Position numbers and translations under genes: made by a program. A stretch of DNA of 64,000 bases from Bugula neritina. Lineage: Eukaryota; Animalia; Bryozoa. The notes below the pieces were generated by a model, which did not search any database, was not told the DNA's origin, and saw nothing but the letters and a program-made list of their open reading frames with translations. Positions 53,180 through 64,000 of the stretch are shown piece after piece; position 1 is the stretch's first letter, and the number at the start of each line of letters is the position of its first letter. The stretch is taken from contig OZ037771.1 of the NCBI GenBank assembly GCA_964035545.1, forward strand, positions 13,267,133-13,331,132. The letters are read 5' to 3'.

Positions 53180-56100
53180 ATGTTGAAGATGTTGAGAAAG
53201 TCCCGATCTAAGGGGGAAGCGCACCGTCCCTTACCACTGCCACCAGAAGACCCCACAGATGGTTGGTCATTCCTTCCGTTAACTAATAAATATATTAGAT
53301 AGTTGTATACTATAGAAAAAAACTCGTCAGTGTTTATAGTATTCAAATCAAGTTTTCTATTGAATCTAGTTCTACAGTAATAAGATTTATATTGACTGCA
53401 CCTTTTGTAATGTGTTGTGATATTTCATATGATGCATTATATGGAATTAGTTAATAGTCTAGTCACTAGTGTGTTGATCACCTTTTCTTCTATAAACATG
53501 CTTGTTTCTGCAATATATTATTAAGTGATTCATATTTCTATAATATTATATTACTAAACACTGCGTATTGCTGTAATTTCTTTTACTAAACACTGCATAT
53601 TTCTATAATAATAATATTATATTACTAAACACTGCATATTTCTATAATAATAATATTATATTACTAAACACTGCATATTGCTGTATTTTTATGTTACTAA
53701 ATAATGCATATTGCTACATTACACCTACAATATATTTCTCTTGCAGTGTATGAATATTTAGATGTTGCCAAGATTCCCCTAACATCTCCTAGGTCAGTCA
53801 ATGGGGCAGCAGCTGCTGCCTCTCCCCTCGCTGACTCTAGAGACCCTCAAACTGAGATCCAACAACTCTCCAACGCTCTTCAGTTAGGTACGTACCCCTC
53901 TTTAATTAGCTACTCCACCCCTGTTCAGTTGTCTACTCCACCCCTGTTCAGTTGCCTACTACACCCCTGTTCAGTTGTCTACTCCACCCCTGTTCAGTTG
54001 TCTACTCCACCCCTGTTCAGTTGCCTACTACACCCCTGTTAAGCTGTCTACTACACCCCTGTTTAGTTGTCTACTCCACCCCTGTTCAGTTGTCTACTCC
54101 ACCCCTGTTCAGTTGTCTACTCCACCCCTGTTCAGTTGTCTACTACACCCTTGTTAAGCTGTCTACTCCACCCCTGTTTAGTTGTCTACTCCACCCCTGT
54201 TCAGTTGTCTACTCCACCCCTGTTAAGCTGTCTACTACACCCCTGTTTAGTTGTCTACTTCACCCCTGTTCAGTTGTCTACTACACCCCTGTTCAGCTGG
54301 CTACTACACCCCTGTTCAGTTGTCTACCACACCCCTGTTCAGTTGTCTACTACACCCCTGTTCAGTTGTCTACCACACCCCTGTTCAGTTGTCTACTACA
54401 CCCCTGTTCAGCTGGCTACTACACCCCTGTTCAGTTGTCTACTACACCCTTGTTCAGCTGTCTACTACACCCCTATTCAGCTGTCTATTGGGTTGTCTTG
54501 GTGCTCTATAAATAGCATTTAATGTCAATCCTTTTCTACCTATCACTATATTTGTTATATAATATAATATAATATTATTAACTTACTGAAATGAAGTTTT
54601 GATTAGGCATTGGAATTTCTGCTAATTTAATAGAATCCAGACATGATAAAGTGCCTCACAATAATATAAGTATAATGTGTATATAATATTATTACATATA
54701 ATATGTGTATATATAGTATATAATATACAAAACATTATTGTACAATGTAATAATAGAATATATATATATGATAATATTATAAACATATTATACATTGTGT
54801 GTGAGCTCGTATATTACCAAGTAGTTTGCTTTGTTAATAGTTTTCTCTCTGGAAAGGCAATTGTATAGAGTAATTTTTAAATTCTTCTTAAAGTTCACTA
54901 GAATTTCTGATTCAAGTGGTTTTTTGTCATTTACATCATTTCTATATTATATAATCTGCGACAGCAGCATCTAGTTTGCTGTGATATTATTGTGAGGCAC
55001 TTCATAATGTCTGGATTCGATTGTAAGCAGGAATTCCAATATCTAATCAAAGCCTAATTTCAGCAATTCAATATATTTAGGCTGTTCTTTCAAGACTGTT
55101 TTTTTTTGTTCTAAAAATTAGCTTAAGTTTCTAATATCATTAACCTAGGTAGTACATTATATCTAAAAGATGGCTTCACTATTCCTAGTAGCACTTTCAT
55201 TCTGTTTTTTAGACTCCAAAGCTGAAGTATGTCAAATTGATAATTGTGAGAAAGAAATAGACGGTTATTGCACCAAATGCAATCAGCTTACGTGTTACCG
55301 GTCAGTATCTCCTGTGACAGCATCAATCATTGGCTGTAATTTGAGTGAAACAAGCATCCTTATTGGCTGAACATGTAATTGGATGATTGCCTTTGTGTTG
55401 CACATATAATACGTTAATTTTCAGTTCTGAGAAGATTTTGATTTTATGAACAACTGGTGGAGTTAACAATGCCATTAAGTGAGTGTATCGGTTTTGTGTC
55501 AGTGTCTGGGTGACTTAGAGTGTAATATTGTTATCTATTAGCCAACTTGGCAACAGGTTCTCAAATTTATTGACTCTCAAATCGTACCCTGGAAAAATGG
55601 GAAAAATAGAAATTGCATAAACTGCTATAAGTAACAATATAAATCAAAAGTTAGAGAAACACCATGAAAACAGCACAGATCCAAACAAAATGACATTAGC
55701 TATTATAATCCAAGTAAAACTTACAATATTGATGCATAGATAAAATTCTGTGCCATCACAATGCCAAAACTGATGGTCTATTCAGAGTGTATAATTGTGT
55801 GCTCATATGATGTTATAAATGCACCTCTCTGGCTGTTTGATTAGAACACACTGCCTGTGCTGTGCTAAGGACAGTAAACTATAGCAACAGCACTGTCAGC
55901 TAATAATAGCTTTTGATGAATGTGTTAAAGCAAGAAAGCTTTAATGATTGGTGGCATACCAATACAGTGAGGAGATAAATTTACGTTCAACTTTAGATGC
56001 AGTAAAAAGACGAAATGCAGGATGGATAGTGAGCATGAGTTTGCTGATATTGACCAATACAAAGCTGCCAAGCAAGCTATGTATGACATGTGGTACACTG

Positions 56101-59100
56101 GGAAGAAGAACCACACTATAGCTTTAGATCAGGAGGTATATTACGCAACGCTTTGTGTGATTAGTAATATATGAGTCATACAGTTTGAGATTTTAAGGTT
56201 AATATTATATACAATGGATGAATATATGTTATCATTGTGACTCTGTGCTCATATCTATTGACCTTTTCTTGATATCATTGTTGGCGTTGCTAAAGACAAA
56301 TGGTTTTATCTACCATGTTCACTTATCCTGTGGCATGTTACATAGTTCCTGGTGTAACTGTGAGAGTTAATGTTGGTACTCAGGCTATTTGGTACCACTC
56401 ATTAAACTCTAAGGCTTTCTCTCTCGGTCTGTGCACTCAGCGTGTGATGTGGTTACAAATTTAGAACATTCTATTACAGATGCGTGCGTTGGCTCTTTCC
56501 GTGCAGAAAGAAGCGTCCAGATTAGCCAATGATTCTCTCTCGGGAATTGTGTCCTCCCTCAGTAAAACTATCGCCACCCTCACAAACAAGCAGAACGAGC
56601 TTAGGATCCTCTCCTATAAACTGTCAGAGGTTCAGTCAGTCATCACTTACTACACAGATAACGTTGGAAAACTGTCCAGTCCGGGCTTCGTCAAACTCGT
56701 CAACACGCTCGTTATGCCTGGTATGTATTGAACACACACCCACATGCACAAACACATGCACACATGCACACAGGTGCATTTACTATAAGATGTGAATACA
56801 ATTAGAAGGTACTTGTTATATATTTGTCTCTCAACTCTCTACTTGCACTGCCTTGTATGAAACTAATCTTGGGTCCAATGTTGCATTTAGCCAAGGGCCA
56901 CCCTGTGCGAACATTTAAACCATGAGTAGCAAAGGTGTCTACTGTATGCGTTGAGAAAACATTCACACTTGTCGCTCAGCATTCTGAACGCAAGTGCGAA
57001 TCGTCTCTGTCGTCGTCACCTAATTGGCTGGTAGTTATTTAGCGAGTCCAATTCTTTTATTTTAGTGCTATATTTCAGTAAATTGTGTTTTATTAAAAGC
57101 GAAAACGATTTAAAAATGAATGCTTTATTTATCACGCATCGCTGACGCTACAGTGGACACCTTTGCTACCCGCGATTTCAATTTTCGCATGCGAAAATAC
57201 GCACAGTGTGGCCCTAGGCTTAGTGTTTTATGTGCCATGAGGTCCCTCCCTATTAACATAGCAGCTATAGATTGGCACCCAGCCAATATATAACTATAGT
57301 TCAATAATACCCTCAGCAACTAATAGCATGTGATGCGACGTTTAAAGGAGGTAGCAGTATGATGTTGTGTTAACCTCAACACGTCATTTAGTAACTTGAA
57401 ACCTCTAAGTTCCTCGTATTCAACAGTTCTTAGCATGATTAGAAAGCTGATTAGAATCTACTGACTCTAGTTAGTACAATAACGTATGATGCAGATATAA
57501 TGTACAGTTTAAGGAAACAAAAAAAATTGAAATGATTACTATTTGACCCACATGTGTCCACAAAGCAAAATCACACACTAATTGTCTTGCTCCAGCACAG
57601 AATTTGTTTGTCTGATGCGCAAATCCTTATTAAATCAATTATTCTTGGTTTTTTTATCATGTAGAAAAGTGCTACACAGTAAATGAGATCTTAATCAATT
57701 CTTCTACCAACAAAATGAAAATTGCTTTTGTGAATTGAAAGGTACAAGTGGTGATATTTTACATGCATGTGTAAATGTAAAAAGGTGTTCATGTTTTATT
57801 TCTCCCCCCCCCCCCATGTCAAATTTGTTCATTAGCTGCAGCATCAAAGATATTATAGTTGTCCGAGTTAATAATTAGTCTTATATGTGCAAATTTATTT
57901 ATAATAAGTAATGACTGAAGGTATATAAATTCAACTGTGTTAAGAAAATCAAGTTATTATATTATAGCTGAAACAATTTACGAAAGCATTAAAATAGTTT
58001 CAAGCATTTTCCGAGTCCTTGAAATTGGCAATTCTCAGTACAAAAGAACTTATTTACCAGATGTTTTATTCTATTGTTAAGTAAAAAACCGCCTTGAAAA
58101 ATTGCAACCACTGGGATTAAAAGCAAGTTGTACATAATTATTATGCACATATGTAGTATATAACTTGTAATTTCATGCCAGTAACACTGTACTTAAAATA
58201 CATTTGCCAAAGACAGTTACAAATATTTTTGAGAAAGAATTAAGGCAGCACCAGTCTCAAAAGTCTATCCTATTTTATATTCTATTACTTGTGCGGCAGC
58301 GGTCCTGCTATGACAGCAGCTCATCATAACACCAGCTACGTGCACCTCATTGCACTATTATCTGAATTACAAGCTATTTTGACATTGATTGCAGAGAGTG
58401 GAAAGGTAAAGAAGTACAATGTTGGCAGAGTGGATTCCCTAGTAGCCAGATCCTGTGAATACATGGCATTAACCAAAGACAAGAATGTGATAGCTAGCAG
58501 TAACAATTCAGTAGAGTTATTCTCCCCTACCTCTAACACGCCTCTCAGCAGTCAGCTGCCTATTCCCGGCCACGTGTGCGGCATGCAGTGGTCCAATAAC
58601 AGGCTCTACGCTATGGAGGAGTTAGGCGACACCGGGGCCAAAGTTCACATATATGACGAACACTACGCCCAGTGGGGTAGCTGGTTGGTGCGTAAAAAGG
58701 TGTGTGATTTGGCGGTGAACAACGAACAGGTATACCTGTGCACCGCAATGTGCAACATTCTTGTCTTTTCCACTGATGGACATTTCCAGTACGAGATTGA
58801 GGGAGACCTCGGTCAGCGAATCACACATCACTCCAAAGCAGACATGCTCGTCATAACTAATCATAGCAGCAATACCGTAACTTTCCTTAATGGTAGGACC
58901 AAGGAGGTGACGTGGACGGTAGAGGTGGAGAAGCCGTGGGGAGCTTATGTTGATGAGTACGAGGCTATATGGGTGTGGTCTGAATTCAATCAGGAGTTTG
59001 AAATTTATGACAGCAAAGGTGAAGGTCAAGCTAGTTATCAATTCAGTCGTATATTATTGTGGTTAGAGTTTGCAAACCTAAAATATCCCAGTTGAATTTT

Positions 59101-59510
59101 AGATGGTAAGCTCTTTGGTGTGATGGAAGCATTACTGAGCTTAGAGTTATGTTGAATATGAGATGTTACGAGGTTTTATACTATGTACTTCACTGATAGT
59201 ATAGATGAGTAATATTAATTTACTCAATTGTGTAAAAATTATATTGTGTTTATTTGATACCGTATTGCGATGAATTTTCTGCTATGTAACAAATTTTGCC
59301 TCATCTTATTTCCATGCGACAAAGTGGTTGTTGGAGTTGTGACATCGCATACAAAATTTAACATCCTATACTTTAGGTGAATTTGTCCAGAGTGCTGGAC
59401 ACCCAAAGATGATTGGAATTGGTGAAATCAACACCTGCTGTGTGCACAGCGGTTACCTGTGGATTGGGTATGATGGGGGAATTCATCGTTTCGCTGTCGG
59501 ATTTAACTAA
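53180..59510 (+). CDS. RING-less TRIM-like protein: B-box-type zinc finger, coiled coil and NHL-like beta-propeller; 7 coding exons, ~482 aa
   Basis: Exons 53180-53261, 53747-53887, 55213-55300, 55997-56135, 56480-56720, 58395-59018, 59377-59510 in phase (1449 nt). CQIDNCEKEIDGYCTKCNQLTCYRCSKKTKCRMDSEH is B-box-like; a helical heptad region follows; C-terminal blades such as DLAVNNEQVYLC, ILVFSTDGHFQYEI and PWGAYVDEYEAIWV. Start codon is the least certain part. Confidence 0.75.
53905..54490. repeat. 23-bp tandem minisatellite (CAGTTGTCTACTCCACCCCTGTT)n
   Basis: About 25 copies starting just after the donor at 53888. Confidence 0.97.
54584..55065. mobile_element. MITE-like element with ~85-bp imperfect terminal inverted repeats
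   Basis: CTGAAAT...GATTAG...TTGGAATT...GAATCCAGACAT...AAGTGCCTCACAATAATAT (54584-54668) mirrors 54984-55065; AT-rich interior. Confidence 0.8.
56890..57219. mobile_element. PIF/Harbinger-type MITE, 330 bp
   Basis: TIRs GCCAAGGGCCACCCTGTGCG / CGCACAGTGTGGCCCTAGGC flanked by a TTA duplication (56887-56889, 57220-57222). Confidence 0.8.
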
Positions 59511-61554
59511 TGATGACGTTCTACAAATTTGCTGATTCCACATATCATATATTCAAGTGCAGTTTTTAAATACTATGCTGTGTAAATATTATATTATTTA
59601 TATATAATATATATGCTATTAAAACTACATTAACCTGTGTGTACTATGTTAGTGTTTTACCTCAGATTTTACTTTCAACAAATCACTGTTTATTCCTCCA
59701 TTACTACTGTGACTTTTGAGAATTATGCCTTATAACCAATTTGATATGAAATCATAAGGCATTACCAGTTGCCAACTTTTGCATAGCTTGAGCTCATAGT
59801 TTTGAGCTTGTAGTTTGGGACGCGGCTCCCTAAATAGTAAGTGAACACTTAAATTTTGTTGCAAGTGTTTGTTAAACTTTTGCTAAAACATGATAGGTAC
59901 TTTTAATGTCAACCTATATGTTTTGTTTTGAAAATGTGTTAAGTAGTTATCTCAAAAAGTAATTATAGGTTCACAAATTACCAGATTCAGTGTTAACACT
60001 TTTTTTTAGTACATGAGTCCAAGAATAGCCTGTCATTACTTATTGGCTAACAAAAAACAAGTTTAGTTTCACTCCGCGCCTAGCTTTTCATTCAAAGTGA
60101 TTGGTTATGGGGTTTATTTTCCAATTCAACAGATAATGGGAGTTTTCAACTTGCAATTTATTTTTATAACATATTATAATAATATATATTAACATTGAGG
60201 CAACATTTTTTTCACATTTGTTATACTTAATCGAATGTTAATAGGTTTTTCTACATGATGCACTTTGCTGATATTATAGAAGAGGGCTATTGTATTTCTT
60301 TTTAAATATACTGCAGTGCCATTGATGATTTTAATGCCATTGGCTAATAAAATAAAATTTTAAAGAAGTAAACAGTCTAAATATGCAAACTAATAAATAA
60401 ATATAAATAAGTAATTTAATAATTGTATATAAACAGAAAATATTTCAACTATTTCAAATAACTTTTTTATCCATAAAAATACACAAAAGAAGTTGAAGTA
60501 CAATGCTTTGACATGAATATAAGCAGTTTATGACTTGTGATCGTCAATTATGAGAGCAAATTAATAAAAATTCGATCTGCTGTCTATACAAAACCGCTCA
60601 ATATTCACCGCTTTGCTTTGTTGCACAATTCTATATCTTATTAATTGAGATGTTGATCAATACTGAGTAGCAGACAACTCCTGAATATTGCCATCAAAGC
60701 AGTTTTCTGCCACGTGGCACTTTTACACCCTTAAAGAGCTTGAAACTCATAGTTTCTGATTAGAATAATACGCACTGCCTTTCCCACCGTGCAAGCACAT
60801 TATACATTACATGAAGAAAGATGCATCTAAAGCAGGCATCCCTAAGATATCAAATTTATCCTTGCATTACAGATTGTAAATATGATAGATTTCCCTACTA
60901 TATAATTAACATTATCAATAAGTTTCAAAACTCCTTAACGATGTAAAAAGTGCTAGAAGTAAATGAAAACGAATTTGAAATTTGTTCCACAGTTGTTTTA
61001 GACAACTCAAGTAATTTTCTAAACTTGTGCCCAAAATTTATAGATTGTGTAGTGTATCTAGTAACAGTGACAGTTATAGACAAAACTATACATTTATTTT
61101 GTAGAAAGAAATTTAATTGTGTAATAACAACAAAAATACTAATAAAACTAAAAAAGGATTTTGGCTCTCAAACATTAATCCAACTTAATAGAAATAGATA
61201 AAGTAATCACTTGTACAAAACAAGCCATGGCCAGACAAAACTATTCAATTAATAAATGTCAGTAAATAACCTGATTATAAAACAGACCATGTTCTAGAAG
61301 TTTCTACGTGCTGCTTCTAAATGCACCACAACTAAAAGTAAAATATTATGAGAAGCACCGAATTCAAACTTATAATCGTATAAAACTATCAACAGAACAG
61401 AACATCTTTGCACAGCCTAAAGTGAGTGACAATATTTCAGAAATAAATAAGGGCTCAGCGAAAGTAATTTTTTATTTATAAGAGTTACCATAAAAAAGTC
61501 TATGAAAACTGCAACTGAGAAACTGTAGTAGCTTTTTTGTTTCCATGCTTAATC

Positions 61555-61662
61555 AGTTACTGTTACCATAGCTACTGTTACCATAGCTACTGTTACCATA
61601 GCTACTGTTACCATAGTTACTGTCACCATAGCTACTGCTACCATAGTTACTGTCACCTTAGT
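61555..61662. repeat. 15-bp tandem repeat (TGTTACCATAGCTAC)n at the start of the myotubularin 3'UTR
   Basis: About 7 copies, ~12 bp beyond the stop codon. Confidence 0.9.
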
Positions 61663-61672
61663 CGTCATTCAA

Positions 61673-63604
61673 TCATCTAATCTGCAGACGTTTTTTTGTT
61701 TTTACTTCCGAGCGCTTTTCTTCCAACGTGTCTCTCAGGCTGTTTCGGAGCAACAACAGTTCTTTATTCTTCAAGCTGATTGGCTCCTGTAAACACAAAC
61801 CAATGTGAGGTACTACATTCTATTTACCAGGATTAATAGAGAGCATTCTATCCAATACAAAGTTATCTACATAGTAAAACCCATTCTATAATATAAAACT
61901 GACATGACTAAAACTGGCGTTTATTAGACTAATATTCATTAAACCTTCTTTTCTTCCCACGTCATGATAGATTAACTCATTCAAGTGCACACAACTACAT
62001 GCTAGGTAGAACCATTAAAATTTCAACACTGTAAAGAGGCCAATTGAGGAGGTATGCAAATTGCCTACCTGAGGCCTCATCTTGGGATTCCAACGGAGAT
62101 AGTAGCCTTTCCAGAGTTTGATTCTACGTAGACTGACCACCGGGTACAGGACATGCGAGTGGAGGTAATCCACGTACAGCGGGTTCTTATAATCGTCAAT
62201 GTGACTATTAATCATGGACCACAGGCTTTGCGTTTCCTGTCTAATCATCTGTACAAAGTGACAATTTCAGTTAATGGCCAGAGTTATCCGCTCTCTGACA
62301 TTACAAGCAGCTCTGTGTAGCTCTAACCATCTCAAACAGGCAAAGATGATCGCATGTGCATTGTTTAAATCATATTCATATAAATTTTCCAATAGTGTTT
62401 TAGAAAAACTCAAATATATATATACTAGAGCATATTGACTGTTACAGTGACATCTGCGTGTTACTATGGTAACAAAAACAACTGCATAATAATTCAGAGG
62501 GATAAGCTGCAGATAAAATTAGGTTCAAATACAGCCGTAGTTAAAATGGAACCATAGAGTTCCTATCACATCCAATGAGCTGGAAAACCAGTTATATTAG
62601 GGTAAAACATGAGCTAGGAGAGAGGTTTTACATAACCATGAGTCATAACTGTATGACTCACCTCGTTTTGCCGCCATTGCTCGCTGTTGCCAAGGAAGGT
62701 ACCGAAGAGGCAGCTGTACAAGTGGTCCAGTATTGTTATCAGCATATGTTCATTGAACTCAAATGCCGTGGGAAACTGTAACACATCGCATCATGCATGG
62801 TGCTACACAAACAGTCTAAATGTATATTACTGTAATACACCTGGCCAGGTGAAGAGATATTCCAGCTTGTCAATTCTTTAGTTTTTATATGAGATCAGGT
62901 CGAAAGTATAAAAAAGTGCACAACGTCATTTCTGACGTGATTTTTAAAATTAAATTTTGATTAGAAATCTTAAAATAAACTCTAAAAACTTTGCTCTTTA
63001 ATATTCATTACATTCCGTTATGCAGGTAATACGCTATGCAGTTGAAAAGAAAATGGTAGATGGTATGTAACAATGTGGAATTCAGATAATTATGCAACTA
63101 CTTTTAACAGAAGCTTTAAAAATGAATCTATATTGGTTTAAGTTGATAAAAGCTGATATCAGCACTGGTATATAACTGTACAAATAAACCCTTAAGTAGA
63201 TGACACCTGATACATGGTAGATGACACATGATACATGGTAGATGACACATAGTATATGACACATGATAGATGACACATGGTAGATGACACATGGTACATG
63301 GTGCATGTAACATAGTATATAGTACATGGCACCTGATACATGGTAGATGACACCTGATACATGGTATATGACACCTGATACATGGTGTATGACACCTGAT
63401 ACATGGTACTTGACACATGTTACATAGTATATAGTACTTGACACATGTCACATACCTGAATTGTAACTTGCCAAACACAGTCTATAAACTGTAAAAAGAC
63501 GGGTGATCTCTCAGAGTCCCCGTGTTTATCTTCCCCATGTCCAATTCTGTGGTTGAACTTATGGCCAAAACTTATCCATTCTTTTTCAATCAGAACTTCA
63601 AAGC
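61673..63604 (-). CDS. Myotubularin-family phosphoinositide phosphatase (MTM1/MTMR1/MTMR2 type), last four coding exons; 5' part outside the window
   Basis: Exons 63604-63456 ([22 protein letters not shown]...[14 protein letters not shown]), 62775-62662 ([29 protein letters not shown]), 62248-62069 (SLWS.IN....YKNPLY...[15 protein letters not shown]), 61786-61673 (coiled coil, stop). Confidence 0.95.
62460..62473. promoter_or_regulatory. RFX X-box-like motif GTTACTATGGTAAC
   Basis: Consensus match in a myotubularin intron. Confidence 0.3.
63195..63452. repeat. ~21-bp degenerate minisatellite (GATGACACCTGATACATGGTA)n
   Basis: Begins directly after the myotubularin donor at 63455; source of the overlapping C/H/Y-rich ORFs. 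Confidence 0.9.
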
Positions 63605-64000
63605 CTAAAAAAATTAAGCCATTTTTAAAAATAATGCGTTTTGTTGACTAGCTACATACAAGAAACATATGTGTTCATAATAGATTATACAGAAAAACTA
63701 AAATTTTTAACTTCTTTTGTAAATTTAAATTGGAAACTATGAAAACAAACAATTTATTATGTTTTAAAAATGCTATGAGCTGTAACAAGCACGAAGTACT
63801 TTCATTATGTGCAAACTTGATTATAAAGTTGAGTCTATAAATAATTAAATAAAATGATCGGCTTTGAAAAGCATTTAGGTTATTCCCTGTAAGTTGGTGG
63901 TAAAATCTGCTACTTTAAACTTAACAAAACAACTTTATTCACCCAATAAATATTACATACATATTATAGTAGTTATATTTATTTCCCCAAATGTTTTTTA

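Noticed and set aside
53952-54522. Overlapping ORFs with STPPLFSCLLHPC repeats
   Set aside because: 23-bp intronic satellite read in several frames.
63082-63478. Cys/His/Tyr-rich repeat ORFs resembling metal-binding or multiheme proteins
   Set aside because: They arise from the 21-bp satellite in a myotubularin intron and are open in all three minus frames.

Overview
AT-rich, gene-dense animal (probably invertebrate) genomic DNA with GT-AG introns; nothing prokaryotic and no CRISPR. Gene models were spliced by hand with intron phases checked, and identities come from recalled family sequences, not a database search. In order: 3' end of a TBC1D1/TBC1D4-type RabGAP (+); CEP19 (-); an 18-exon, ~2335-aa EMSY-like gene (+) whose N-terminal ENT domain splices in frame to an intact C-terminal bromodomain; CCDC39 (-); a TSC22D/bunched gene (-) with a long isoform and up to three alternative short first exons, hosting an intronless antisense SLC46-type MFS transporter in an intron; ALG5 (+); a RING-less B-box/coiled-coil/beta-propeller TRIM-like gene (+) with N-terminal SH3- and SH2-ligand-like motifs; and the 3' end of an MTM1/MTMR2-type myotubularin (-). 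Introns carry many unrelated, often palindrome-rich minisatellites (frequently 21 bp), several MITEs (hAT, PIF/Harbinger, unclassified foldbacks) and LINE/SINE remnants. The strongest novelty candidate is the ENT-bromodomain fusion.
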